Positions 34,168 to 43,275 of a DNA stretch of 64,000 bases are shown here, one piece after another (position 1 is the stretch's first letter; every line of letters starts with the position of its first letter). Position numbers and translations under genes: made by a program. A model generated the notes under the pieces. It saw only the letters and a program-made list of their open reading frames with translations, was not told the DNA's origin and did no database searches. Source of the DNA: an uncultured Bacteroidales bacterium (GTDB lineage Bacteria; Bacteroidota; Bacteroidia; Bacteroidales; UBA932); assembly GCA_946410455.1 (NCBI GenBank), contig CAMKAJ010000001.1, forward strand, positions 54,336-118,335. The letters are read 5' to 3'.

Positions 34168-36768
34168 TTATTTGTCCAGCCCGGTAAAGGCTATCTTGTA
34201 AATTCTGGAAGAGCTGCCTCGGTCGTCGCCTACCCATACGCAGCTGCGGGCATGATCTACCAGCACTGCCTCGGGGTTGCCGATGAACTTTATGTCGTAC
34301 ATGGCCTTGAGGGTTGTCACGGCTCCGTCGAACACAAAGAGCTTGAAAGCCTCGGAGTCGCTTACCCAAAGCAGGTCTGTAGAAGCATCGTAGTAGAGGT
34401 CTCCAACCTCCAGGATATCAGATGCAATTGCTCCTAATTGCTTCTTCCAGAGCTTGGTGCCGTCCAGATTATAGGCCCACAGTGTTGCTCCGCTCTGGGA
34501 CCCCGTGTAGATGACTCCATCTTTATAGTAAGTAATACCTTCCAGTCCGGAATTATCCATATTAACGGCCTCATCTACCAGGAAGAGGGTGCTGATGCTG
34601 TTGTAGCCGGGTGCGGCTATCTTCTTGATTTTCTGCGGCTCAGTGCACACGTACAAGTCGTTCGTGGACGGATCAAGGGTAATACCTTCGAGGTCGGTTT
34701 CGTAGGTCGCTGCCTTATCCATCTGCACAGAAACGCTCATATCGAATCCGATCTTGTACAATACGCCTCCGTCTCCTACGCCCCACATAAAGTCACCGTC
34801 TTTGCTGAAGCACAAGCCAGACAGCTCGCCCATCTGAGCTTCGGTGAATTCGGTGCGGGTGTAGCTGCCCATAACCGGCATGCCCGCTTCGTTCACGAAG
34901 GGAGCTGCCTGCTCGGAAATGCAGCGCACGCTGCCTCCACGAGCCTTGGGATTGCTCTTCACGGACGATACACCAAGCCGCACATCTTGTGCATAGGCCT
35001 TGGCGGCGCTGCCGTCTGCGCTCCAGAACATCATGCGCTGGCCGGGGTACGAATAAGAGCCGGTCTTGGTGATGTAGTCGTCGATATAACCCGAGTAAGG
35101 GAATACTATTGCGGGGTCGCCTATCTGGAACCATCCCTGGGTGTTGTTGTCTGCCCAGCCGGCTACTCCGGAAAGGTCTGTAAACAGAGCGCCTGCGTCG
35201 GTGCGGCGTGGAACCTTATATCCCGGGGGGCAAGGGTCGTAGATGGTCTTGGTTCCGGAGGTGCCGCCCCAAAGGGTTTCGTCATCTGCGGCAAGCCAGT
35301 TAGAATTGTCCAGAGTGGGGAACACGGTGGGGTTGGCAATACTGAATGCAAGGTCAACCTGCTCTCGGAGTATGCTGGTTGCAGTTCCGGCAACTTTGGT
35401 AACGGCCGTAGACTGTGCCGAGCCCATTCCGGGGAACGGGTCCTTGCGCCCCCATTGGTAGAGGAGGCCGAAGCTGGCAGGATTCACTTCTCCAGACGCC
35501 AGTGTGGTCTGCAGCGCACCCAGGTTCCTGTCCATTACCTCATGGTTGGACAGCTTGCTGGTAGATGCGTAAACAGTCGTGCTGCTTAGCCACACGTGCC
35601 AGCTCCATACTACGTCGCCGCTGCTGTTCTTTGCAGCCAGCAGGGCATTGCCGGCGTGGAAGCTTTCGGGGACCTGGAAGTAAATCCAGCCCTCCTGGAA
35701 ATCAACGGCGCTTACTACACTGCCGGCTGTTACTTCCACGCTACCGCACCATGTTTCCCAGATCACATCTACGGACGCTATATTGCCCAATATGCTGGCA
35801 CTGTTGCCTTTTACGGCCTTGAATTTATATACTCCCGGATCGTACACTACATAGCAGTTGGCAGTGCCTTCCGAGCACAGGTCTATTGCTCCTTCGGTAG
35901 GAATGGTGGACTGGTGTGTGTCGCCCTCGCCCGGATCGCTCAGGTGCGAGTCCAGGCTGCCGAGGCGTTTCATGCAGTTGCGCCCAACTGTCAGAGGCTT
36001 CTCTGAGCAGGCCTTCTTGACCATCTGGCCATCCTTCATCAGCTTAAGCGTGAAGCCGGAGTTCAGCTCAGCGCCGCGCGGAATATAGATGAAGTTGGTG
36101 GTGCTGCCGTCAGCCTTGACCTTGCCGCTGATGCTGGAGAGTGGATTTACGGTGTAGTGGTTGTAGTTTGCACTCTCCTTGCCGTTCTGATAAACGATTT
36201 TTGCCTCGTATGTACCATATCCTATGGTCTCTCCTTCGTTGCCGGAGAACACATACGAGTCGTAGTCGCCGCTCACAGTGAATGATATCACTCCGCAGCA
36301 ATTGTGGAACACCAGCTTGTCTCCTACGTTGTAGGCAGCCATGAGCATGCGGTTGCTGTCTTTGAACGCGGCGTAGTAGTAAAGGTTGCCACCGTTCACA
36401 GCGTCTGCAGGGTAAGCTGCGTAAACGCTGCTGGTAATGCCGTCCGCGCTGCGGTCGTAAGGGGTGATGCCGCTCACATTAATTGTGGCGGATTTGCCGT
36501 CTGCACTGATGTCGCCGGCGCCAAGAGTTACAGTTATCCGGTTAGAAGAGCCTTCTCCGTGCACCAGAATCTGGTCTCCTGGCTCCCAGGTCACTTTCCC
36601 CTCGTTGGAGATGCCGACTTTGGTCATTGCGTCGTCGAAGGAGCAGGTGAAGGTCATTGTCTCGCCTTGCACCAGACGCTCAGTTTCCTGATCCTTAACA
36701 CAAGAAGATGCCTGGCCCGCCGCAAGCGCGGCGAGCACAAGCATCAACGCTATTCTACCGGATGGCAT
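34168..36768 (-). CDS. Fimbrillin-like lipoprotein with DRNLGA/YQWGRKDPF domain and C-terminal beta-propeller (SdiA-regulated-like)
   Basis: Start set at MPSGR (36768), SSC lipobox; MTKV..WEPGDQILV; ANCY, WSWHVW, DRNLGA, YDPCP; ELSGL/DLEGIT repeats. Confidence 0.75.
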   Translation of the reverse strand: MPSGRIALMLVLAALAAGQASSCVKDQETERLVQGETMTFTCSFDDAMTKVGISNEGKVTWEPGDQILVHGEGSSNRITVTLGAGDISADGKSATINVSGITPYDRSADGITSSVYAAYPADAVNGGNLYYYAAFKDSNRMLMAAYNVGDKLVFHNCCGVISFTVSGDYDSYVFSGNEGETIGYGTYEAKIVYQNGKESANYNHYTVNPLSSISGKVKADGSTTNFIYIPRGAELNSGFTLKLMKDGQMVKKACSEKPLTVGRNCMKRLGSLDSHLSDPGEGDTHQSTIPTEGAIDLCSEGTANCYVVYDPGVYKFKAVKGNSASILGNIASVDVIWETWCGSVEVTAGSVVSAVDFQEGWIYFQVPESFHAGNALLAAKNSSGDVVWSWHVWLSSTTVYASTSKLSNHEVMDRNLGALQTTLASGEVNPASFGLLYQWGRKDPFPGMGSAQSTAVTKVAGTATSILREQVDLAFSIANPTVFPTLDNSNWLAADDETLWGGTSGTKTIYDPCPPGYKVPRRTDAGALFTDLSGVAGWADNNTQGWFQIGDPAIVFPYSGYIDDYITKTGSYSYPGQRMMFWSADGSAAKAYAQDVRLGVSSVKSNPKARGGSVRCISEQAAPFVNEAGMPVMGSYTRTEFTEAQMGELSGLCFSKDGDFMWGVGDGGVLYKIGFDMSVSVQMDKAATYETDLEGITLDPSTNDLYVCTEPQKIKKIAAPGYNSISTLFLVDEAVNMDNSGLEGITYYKDGVIYTGSQSGATLWAYNLDGTKLWKKQLGAIASDILEVGDLYYDASTDLLWVSDSEAFKLFVFDGAVTTLKAMYDIKFIGNPEAVLVDHARSCVWVGDDRGSSSRIYKIAFTGLDK

Positions 36769-36782
36769 ATTCTTAGAAGATA

Positions 36783-38693
36783 TTACAATGCTGGTTCTTC
36801 CGATATCGATACGCAACGCACAGATGCACCACGGGCCTTGTATGCGTAAGAAGCTGCAGGAGCTACGCCCTTTGCATACATGCAGCGACCTTTTGAGTGG
36901 TTGCTGGAATAACTGGTAGAGCTCCACCATTCTGCACGAACAGAAGGATAGGAATACGAGCCTCCATTGTCATCCATGTATCCAGCCAGAGGGAACACAA
37001 GGTCGCCAAGTGAGCATACAAGATTCTCCGAATCGTAAACCCAATCGCTGCCTTTCCATGCAGGCTGATTTTCATTACGGGCCGGAACCCTGTATCCTGC
37101 AGGGCATGGATCGTAAATGCTCTTATCGCTATCGCTCCATGCAGTGCTGATTTCATCGACGCACCAGTTTCCGCCCTCATAATCTACGTCAGCCTTATCT
37201 TTATCGTAAGCGAACATCGTAGGATTTGCAATAGCCTCGGCAATGGTTATTTGTACGGTAGATTTGCTTGTCGCGGTTCCTGCAATGACAGCCGCAGAAC
37301 TGCTTTTCACAGCTTGGGGACCCGGGAACGGATCCTTGCGGCCCCACTGGTAGAACAAACCGAATGATTCAACTGTGGCGGGTTCGTCGATCTTGGCAGG
37401 TACAAGGGCGCCGAGGTTACGGTCCATTGCTTTGTAGAAACCATACGCGTTGGCATAGAGATCAGAGTTGATGCTGGTCTCGGGAATCCAGATGTGCCAG
37501 CTCCAAATGATATTACCCTCAGAGTCCTTTGCGGCAATGAGGGCGTTGCCGGGCTTGAGGGTTTCGGGAGTGGAGAAGTAGATATAGTTCTCAGGTCCGT
37601 CGAAGTCAACGGCTGCAATAACAGACTTGGCTTCAACTTCAGTGTCGTTGTTGTACGTTTCCCACAGAACTTCTGCACCGAATACATTACCTGCCGAAAT
37701 CTCTTTGTTGTTACCCTTAACAACGGGAAGTTTGTAGGAGCCGGCCGACGTGATTACATAGCAGTTGGCGGCACCGCTTTCGCTGAGGTCTTTCGCATTG
37801 CTGATCCCGGACACGTGGTCGCTGGTGGTAGGAGCCTCGTAATCTTCGAGATTGGTGATTTTGCCAAGATTGAGAAGGCCGTTGCGGGGGATGGTTACAG
37901 TTTTTTCAGTCTTTTTTATCTTGACTGTGCTGTTACCATCTTTGAACTTGAATGTGAAACCCTTGGTGAAGGTTACTCCGTTCGGAATGCAGGCATAGTG
38001 GACGGTGGTGCCGTCGGCATTCAGGGGGGCGCTTATTGAGGTGAGGGGTGTGCCTCCTTTGGTGAGGTTTGTGGACTGGGTACCGTTGGTAGTCCAGTAC
38101 ACCTCTGCCTGATAGCCGTCATAACCAACGACCTCATCATTGTTGCCGTGCAACTCGTAATTGTCGAATTCGCCCTCGACAGAGAATGCTATGAGTCCGC
38201 ACAGGTTGATAAATGTGAATGAGGTTCCATCGGTCTCTTTGTTGTAACCTACCATGAGGGGCGCATTGGAGGTGTTGAAGGGGTGTGTCGCCCTCCAGTT
38301 GGTCGCTCCGTTGTCAGCGGCAACAGCACTGGCCGGATAGATGGCGTAGATATTGGAAGCCTGGTCTCCGGTGGGGGAACCCTTGGTGAAGTCCTCAATG
38401 GTCACGGTTGCTGTTTTACCATCCTGGCTGATATTCGCTTCGCTGAGGGTGGCAGTATAGGAATACTGTCCGCCTATCCATTTGCCGTGGAAAAGAATCT
38501 GGTCGTTGACTTCCCAGGTGACTTTACCGGTGTCAGAAATACCAAGCTTGGTACCTGAGTCTGCAATAGTGCAGGTCATGGTGATGGTCTTGGCGGAAGG
38601 AGTCACATTGATTTCAATGTCATTCTTGTTGCAAGAAATTGCAAGGGCAGCGGCGCAAAGGGCTACGGCTGCAAATTTGATAGCTTTCTTCAT
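36783..38693 (-). CDS. Fimbrillin-like lipoprotein with DRNLGA/YQWGRKDPF domain
   Basis: Start MKKAIK (38693), ISC lipobox; GTKL..WEVNDQIL; ANCY, WSWHIW, MDRNLGA, YDPCP. Confidence 0.78.
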   Translation of the reverse strand: MKKAIKFAAVALCAAALAISCNKNDIEINVTPSAKTITMTCTIADSGTKLGISDTGKVTWEVNDQILFHGKWIGGQYSYTATLSEANISQDGKTATVTIEDFTKGSPTGDQASNIYAIYPASAVAADNGATNWRATHPFNTSNAPLMVGYNKETDGTSFTFINLCGLIAFSVEGEFDNYELHGNNDEVVGYDGYQAEVYWTTNGTQSTNLTKGGTPLTSISAPLNADGTTVHYACIPNGVTFTKGFTFKFKDGNSTVKIKKTEKTVTIPRNGLLNLGKITNLEDYEAPTTSDHVSGISNAKDLSESGAANCYVITSAGSYKLPVVKGNNKEISAGNVFGAEVLWETYNNDTEVEAKSVIAAVDFDGPENYIYFSTPETLKPGNALIAAKDSEGNIIWSWHIWIPETSINSDLYANAYGFYKAMDRNLGALVPAKIDEPATVESFGLFYQWGRKDPFPGPQAVKSSSAAVIAGTATSKSTVQITIAEAIANPTMFAYDKDKADVDYEGGNWCVDEISTAWSDSDKSIYDPCPAGYRVPARNENQPAWKGSDWVYDSENLVCSLGDLVFPLAGYMDDNGGSYSYPSVRAEWWSSTSYSSNHSKGRCMYAKGVAPAASYAYKARGASVRCVSISEEPAL

Positions 38694-38709
38694 AATGCAG
38701 TCCTCCTTT

Positions 38710-38838
38710 TTACCAAGAAAAATCACTAATGAGTTCATAATCCTCTGTGGTTGCAGAGTCGCTCTCACAGAGCATGTCCAGATAAGACATAGGCAGCAAG
38801 TCTATATCCGGGCTTACATAACGTTGTTCTTTTTTCAT
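38710..38838 (-). CDS. Unannotated 42-aa YxxP-family small ORF (sORF3)
   Basis: MKKEQRYVSPDIDLLPMSYLDMLCESDSATTEDYELISDFSW*; A-rich initiation region; first gene after a promoter-like element. Confidence 0.8.
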   Translation of the reverse strand: MKKEQRYVSPDIDLLPMSYLDMLCESDSATTEDYELISDFSW

Positions 38839-38874
38839 TTTGGTATAATTATTAATTGGTTACAATTAGCATTG

Positions 38875-38897
38875 TTGCAAAATTATTTGTTTTGCAA
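38875..38897 (-). promoter_or_regulatory. -7 promoter element within an inverted repeat, upstream of sORF3
   Basis: Minus TAATTTTG (38878-38885) inside TTGCAAAA-N7-TTTTGCAA. Confidence 0.55.
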
Positions 38898-39018
38898 CCC
38901 ACCCGAGCGCATAATGCGTATTTGTACTCCCATATCGCGCAAATTTAAGATCCGATAAGCTTATTAAGGGTCAGCGGAAGAAGTGGATGGAGTAGCTTTA
39001 GGAATAAATGACCTCTCT

Positions 39019-39132
39019 GGTGATCCCGTAGGAAGGACTTGGGGTTGATTTGGGATCACTGGAGGGTCCTGGTGATCCCGTTTGCCATGTTTTCTGCCGT
39101 TTTGGGATCACTGGAGGGTCCTGGTGATCCCG
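39019..39132. repeat. 52-bp tandem repeat, family A (second locus)
   Basis: GGTGATCCCG at 39019, 39071 and 39123; GGGATCAC-N12-GTGATCCC hairpins. Confidence 0.9.
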
Positions 39133-39172
39133 TAGGATATTCCGGAGCGGCACCGCCGCCGCGACTGCGGAT

Positions 39173-39347
39173 GTTTCCGTTCCTACCCCCTCAGCAACAT
39201 GGGACGGCGGGCGCAAAAATGCCGGTTTCCGTTCCTACCCCCTCGGCAATATGGGACGGTGGGCGCAAAAATGCCGTTTTCCGTTCCTACCCCCTCGGCA
39301 ACATGGGACGGTGGGCGCAAAAATGCCGGTTTCCGTTCCTACCCCCT
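39173..39347. repeat. 52-bp tandem repeat, family B (second locus), ~3.4 near-identical units
   Basis: TTTCCGTTCCTACCCCCT...GGGACGG..GGGCGCAAAAATGCCG with units at 39173, 39225, 39277 and 39329. Confidence 0.92.
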
Positions 39348-39515
39348 TCGTTTCGCCGCGGCGGGAGTGTCGCTGGCGGCTAAACCGCAGTCAATCACGG
39401 TGTTATGGCTTTTGCCTGCAAGAAAAAACGTGCAGGCAAAAACAATAATTGGCTAATAATCAGTATGTTGCGCGCCAGGGCAGCATTTTTTATTCTTCCG
39501 TAAGTTTGCAAATGG

Positions 39516-41441
39516 TTATTCTGCCGTCATGAGGGAGTGGAGGGCTTTGCGGAGGGTGCCGGAGGTGTCGTCTTCGCGGTACTCCCAGGCAAAGGCGCCT
39601 AGCATGCCCTTGGATTTGACGAAGGCTACCCTGTAGGCCAGGGATTCTGCGTCCTCGTAGCTGGCGTACATGGTGCCGGAGGCGTCTCCGAGGTAGCAGT
39701 TCTTGCCAACGTTGTCCCAGTGGCGGATATTGTAACCGGCTACGCTTTTGCCGTTTACCGTACCTTTATTAAGGGCCTCTGCAGCCATGGCGTAAGACAC
39801 AGAAGATGGATATACGCTGCCGTCTCCGTGTCCGTAGAAACCAAGTCCGAAGGCCATCCGGTTGTATGGCACGCCCTGGTTATGGAATATCTCGATACTT
39901 TCCTCGCATGAACGCTTGCGGGTGAGAGAAGAACGGTACAGCGGCGAGTTATGATAGGGAGGGTCTCCCATGGAGTAGGTCATCACGTTGATGTAGTCTA
40001 CCCATTCAAGCACGGCGGCGTTGTCTATGTAATTGCCGCTGTCGGATGCAGCATAACTGATGAGACGCTTGCGGCCCAGGGCCTCGCGCAGTTCCTTTAC
40101 CAAAGTGGTAAAGTTCTTTGTATCAGAAGGATCGGCGCCGTTGTAATAGTATGTGCCGTCGTCCAGTTTGGTAGAGGCCGCGTAGGTGGGGTACTCCCAG
40201 TCCAGGTCTACTCCGTCCAGATTGTACTCATCGCAAAGACGCACGCACTCGCTGCAGAAAAGCGCACGCTTCTCGGGACTCTGCGCCATCTGCGAGAAGC
40301 CGTCGGCATTCTTGCCCCAGCCTCCGATAAAGAGCAGGAGCTTGAGCTCGGGGTAATCTTTCTTGTAGGCTGCCAGCTTGGTGAGATAGGAGGGCCCGGG
40401 CGATTTGATCTCCAGGCCTCCGTCGCCGGTAGTCTTGTTTACAAAGCGGGCATGGCCCACGTTGATGTGCGTAAAGCACTTGACGTCTTCCAGGGTGGGG
40501 AAGACAGAGGATGAGGTGTACTCCGTAAAGTAGCAGCTGATTATAGGAGTCTGGCCCAGGCGGGCGAGCCTCTCGGCCTCGGGGTCTGACGGCTGGTCGC
40601 CTCCGGACGAGATATCGCTTAATCTCGGTCCTATGTCTCCCAGGGGCAACAGGCGGTTCCTCTTTACATTGACGGCAGTGCCCGTAGTGGCCTGCGCTAC
40701 TGCTTTTTCGTCCTTCAGAAGCTTAATCGTGAAGCCCGATTTGAAGTCTGCGCCGGCAGGAAGGCAGATATAATTAAGCGTACTGCCGTCGGCTGTGACT
40801 GCACCGCTGATGACAGTGGCGGGATCCTTTGTATAGTGCGTGTATTCTGCTACCTCTTTGCCTTTCTTGTAGATGATTTTAGCTTCGTAGGTGCCGTATC
40901 CCACCGTCTCGCCGGAGTTCCCTGAGAAAAGGTACGAGTCGTAATCGCCGCTCACGCTGAAAGATATCACTCCGCAGCAATTGCGGAAAATCAGCTTGTC
41001 CTCTATGTTGTAGGCGGCCATGAGAGGGCGGTTGCTGTCTTTGAACGGGGTGTAGTATGACAGGTCGCCACTGCTCACGGCGTCTGCGGGGTACGCAGCG
41101 TAAATGCTGCTGGTAATGCCGTCGGCGCTGCGGTCGTAAGGAGTTATACCGCTTACAGTTATGGTTGCAGACTTGCCGTCTGCGCTGATGTTGCCGGAGG
41201 TGAGCGTTACGGTTGCGCGGTTAGAAGAACCCTTGCCGTGCACCAATATCTGATCGCCTGGCTCCCAGCGGGTCTTGCCGGCAGCATCTATACTCAATTT
41301 GCTGTCGCCTTCGAGAACGCAGCAGAAAGTGAGCGATTGCGGCTCCCTGCCAGAATCGGGCTCCGGAGAACCCTCTTTCTGGCAGGAAGTTGCAATCACG
41401 CCCAACAGCAGGGCCGCGAGAAATATCTTGAAATACTTCAC
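39516..41441 (-). CDS. Fimbrillin-like lipoprotein fused to a GH18 chitinase-like domain
   Basis: GTG start, TSC lipobox; DSKL..WEPGDQILV; FIGGWG, LDGVDLDWEYP (DxxDxDxE). Confidence 0.85.
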   Translation of the reverse strand: MKYFKIFLAALLLGVIATSCQKEGSPEPDSGREPQSLTFCCVLEGDSKLSIDAAGKTRWEPGDQILVHGKGSSNRATVTLTSGNISADGKSATITVSGITPYDRSADGITSSIYAAYPADAVSSGDLSYYTPFKDSNRPLMAAYNIEDKLIFRNCCGVISFSVSGDYDSYLFSGNSGETVGYGTYEAKIIYKKGKEVAEYTHYTKDPATVISGAVTADGSTLNYICLPAGADFKSGFTIKLLKDEKAVAQATTGTAVNVKRNRLLPLGDIGPRLSDISSGGDQPSDPEAERLARLGQTPIISCYFTEYTSSSVFPTLEDVKCFTHINVGHARFVNKTTGDGGLEIKSPGPSYLTKLAAYKKDYPELKLLLFIGGWGKNADGFSQMAQSPEKRALFCSECVRLCDEYNLDGVDLDWEYPTYAASTKLDDGTYYYNGADPSDTKNFTTLVKELREALGRKRLISYAASDSGNYIDNAAVLEWVDYINVMTYSMGDPPYHNSPLYRSSLTRKRSCEESIEIFHNQGVPYNRMAFGLGFYGHGDGSVYPSSVSYAMAAEALNKGTVNGKSVAGYNIRHWDNVGKNCYLGDASGTMYASYEDAESLAYRVAFVKSKGMLGAFAWEYREDDTSGTLRKALHSLMTAE

Positions 41442-41448
41442 TTTAGAA

Positions 41449-43257
41449 CTATTCTGTTACACAACGGACGCTTCCCAGACGAGCCTTGGGAGCAGAGCCC
41501 AACTTGAATGAACTCTTATCGTAGCGGAGGTCTGCACAAGCTGCCTTGGCCTCGCTGCCATGCGCAGTCCAGTACAGAGTACGGGCTCCCACCTTGGACA
41601 TTCCGGATACGCTGTAGTCGTCACGGTATCCGGCAATGGGGAAGACAGCCTTGGGTTCGCCTATGGTGAGCCAGCCGTTGACACCGTCAACAGCCCAACC
41701 GGCCGCTGAGGTTAAATTGCTGCCCCAGAAAGGCTTGTTGGTGTTGCGGGCAGGCACACGGTATCCCGGAGGGCAGGGGTCGTAGATGGTTTTCTCCGTG
41801 TCGCTCCAGAGCGTCTCGTCCACCTTATCCATCCAGTTGCCGTCGTTTATGTGGCCGAGCAGACGGGGATTAGCAATAGCGTCGGCAAGCGAAATCTGGC
41901 CGGGAGCCACTTCTTCATCGGCCCCCGCCCAGGTGGCCAGGGTGTTCTTCAGGGCAGTATGGGAGTTCACGAACGGATCTTTGCGTCCCCACTGGTACAC
42001 AAGACCATAGGACAGAGGATCTACCGGCTCTGCGGCGGCCTGGGTTTCTACCAGCGCGCCGAGGTTGAGGTTCATCAGGGGAGCTCCCATAATGTCTCCG
42101 TAAGAATCGGAAGTCACGGTAACCTGGGGAATCCAGATATGCCAGCTCCACATTATCTCGCCGCTCTCTTTGTGTGCTGCCACTACGGCGTTGCCGGAAT
42201 GCAGTTCGTCCGGAGTCTTGATGATGATGTAGTCTTCTGCAAAGGTCGCCGAGGCAACCACGCTGCCAGGCACCACTTCTTCTGCATTGTTCCAGGTCTC
42301 CCAAAGCACTACAGCGTCTGCAACATCTTCAAAGAATGAAGTAGAGATGTTGCCAAGAACGGCCTTGAACTTGTATTTTCCGGGCTCGGAGACGATATAG
42401 CAGTTTGCATTGCCGTTGGTGTCGAGGTCGCGCACATCGTCCGAGAACGGGTTTACGTAGTCTTTAACCTCAGCGGAGATATTGCCGAGGTCTATAGTCT
42501 GCGCCCCTTCAAATGCGAGTGACTCCTTGTAGTAGTAGGCCTTCACAAAGTCGCCATTCTTGCGGAACTTGATGGTGAAACCTTTAGAGATATCGGTATT
42601 GGCCGGGAGGTACACAGTATTGTCGGCCTTTCCCGACGCAAGATCCAGCTCTATGATGGGATCGCCGGCGTACTGCTTGAGGTTCTGCTCTTTGTCTGTG
42701 AGCTTTACCTGCATGAATCCGTAACCCAGATTCTCCTTCTTGGTGGTCATGATGGTGAATGAGTCGTAAACCTCGTCTCCGGTATTGAAGCTAAGTTTGC
42801 TTAACAATTCCTGGAAGTGGAAGGTGTTGGACGCATCGTTGCATGCCGCAAGAATTTCAGTGGAAGTTGTATTGAACTTGCTGTAAAAGAAGCAGTGCTT
42901 AAGGTTATCTACGCAAGAGGCGGGGTAGGCTGCATAAAGCGAGCTTGCGCAGTCTTCGCGCTCGTAAGGATACAGGCCTTCGACCTCGAGCGAGGCGCTC
43001 TTGCCGTCGGCTTTAATATCCGCTGCGGAAAGCTTTACCACAACTTGCTGCGCTGCGTATTCGCCATGCACTACAATCTCGTCGCCGGCCACCCAGGCGC
43101 TTTTCTCAGCGCCTTCGGGCAGCACAAACGTAAGCTGGAGTGTAACAGGCTCCACTACGGGTTCCGGCTCGGGCTCCGGTTCGGGTTGCGGCTTCTCTAC
43201 ACAGGCATAAGTGAGGAAAGCGGTCAAAAGGAGGGCCAGTCTATAAATCTTTTTCAT
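41449..43257 (-). CDS. Fimbrillin-like lipoprotein with DRNLGA/YQWGRKDPF-type domain
   Basis: YAC lipobox, PE repeats, WVAGDEIVV, ANCY, WSWHIW, MNLNLGA, YQWGRKDPF, YDPCP. Confidence 0.78.
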   Translation of the reverse strand: MKKIYRLALLLTAFLTYACVEKPQPEPEPEPEPVVEPVTLQLTFVLPEGAEKSAWVAGDEIVVHGEYAAQQVVVKLSAADIKADGKSASLEVEGLYPYEREDCASSLYAAYPASCVDNLKHCFFYSKFNTTSTEILAACNDASNTFHFQELLSKLSFNTGDEVYDSFTIMTTKKENLGYGFMQVKLTDKEQNLKQYAGDPIIELDLASGKADNTVYLPANTDISKGFTIKFRKNGDFVKAYYYKESLAFEGAQTIDLGNISAEVKDYVNPFSDDVRDLDTNGNANCYIVSEPGKYKFKAVLGNISTSFFEDVADAVVLWETWNNAEEVVPGSVVASATFAEDYIIIKTPDELHSGNAVVAAHKESGEIMWSWHIWIPQVTVTSDSYGDIMGAPLMNLNLGALVETQAAAEPVDPLSYGLVYQWGRKDPFVNSHTALKNTLATWAGADEEVAPGQISLADAIANPRLLGHINDGNWMDKVDETLWSDTEKTIYDPCPPGYRVPARNTNKPFWGSNLTSAAGWAVDGVNGWLTIGEPKAVFPIAGYRDDYSVSGMSKVGARTLYWTAHGSEAKAACADLRYDKSSFKLGSAPKARLGSVRCVTE

Positions 43258-43275
43258 AATGTCTTCCTTTTAAGA

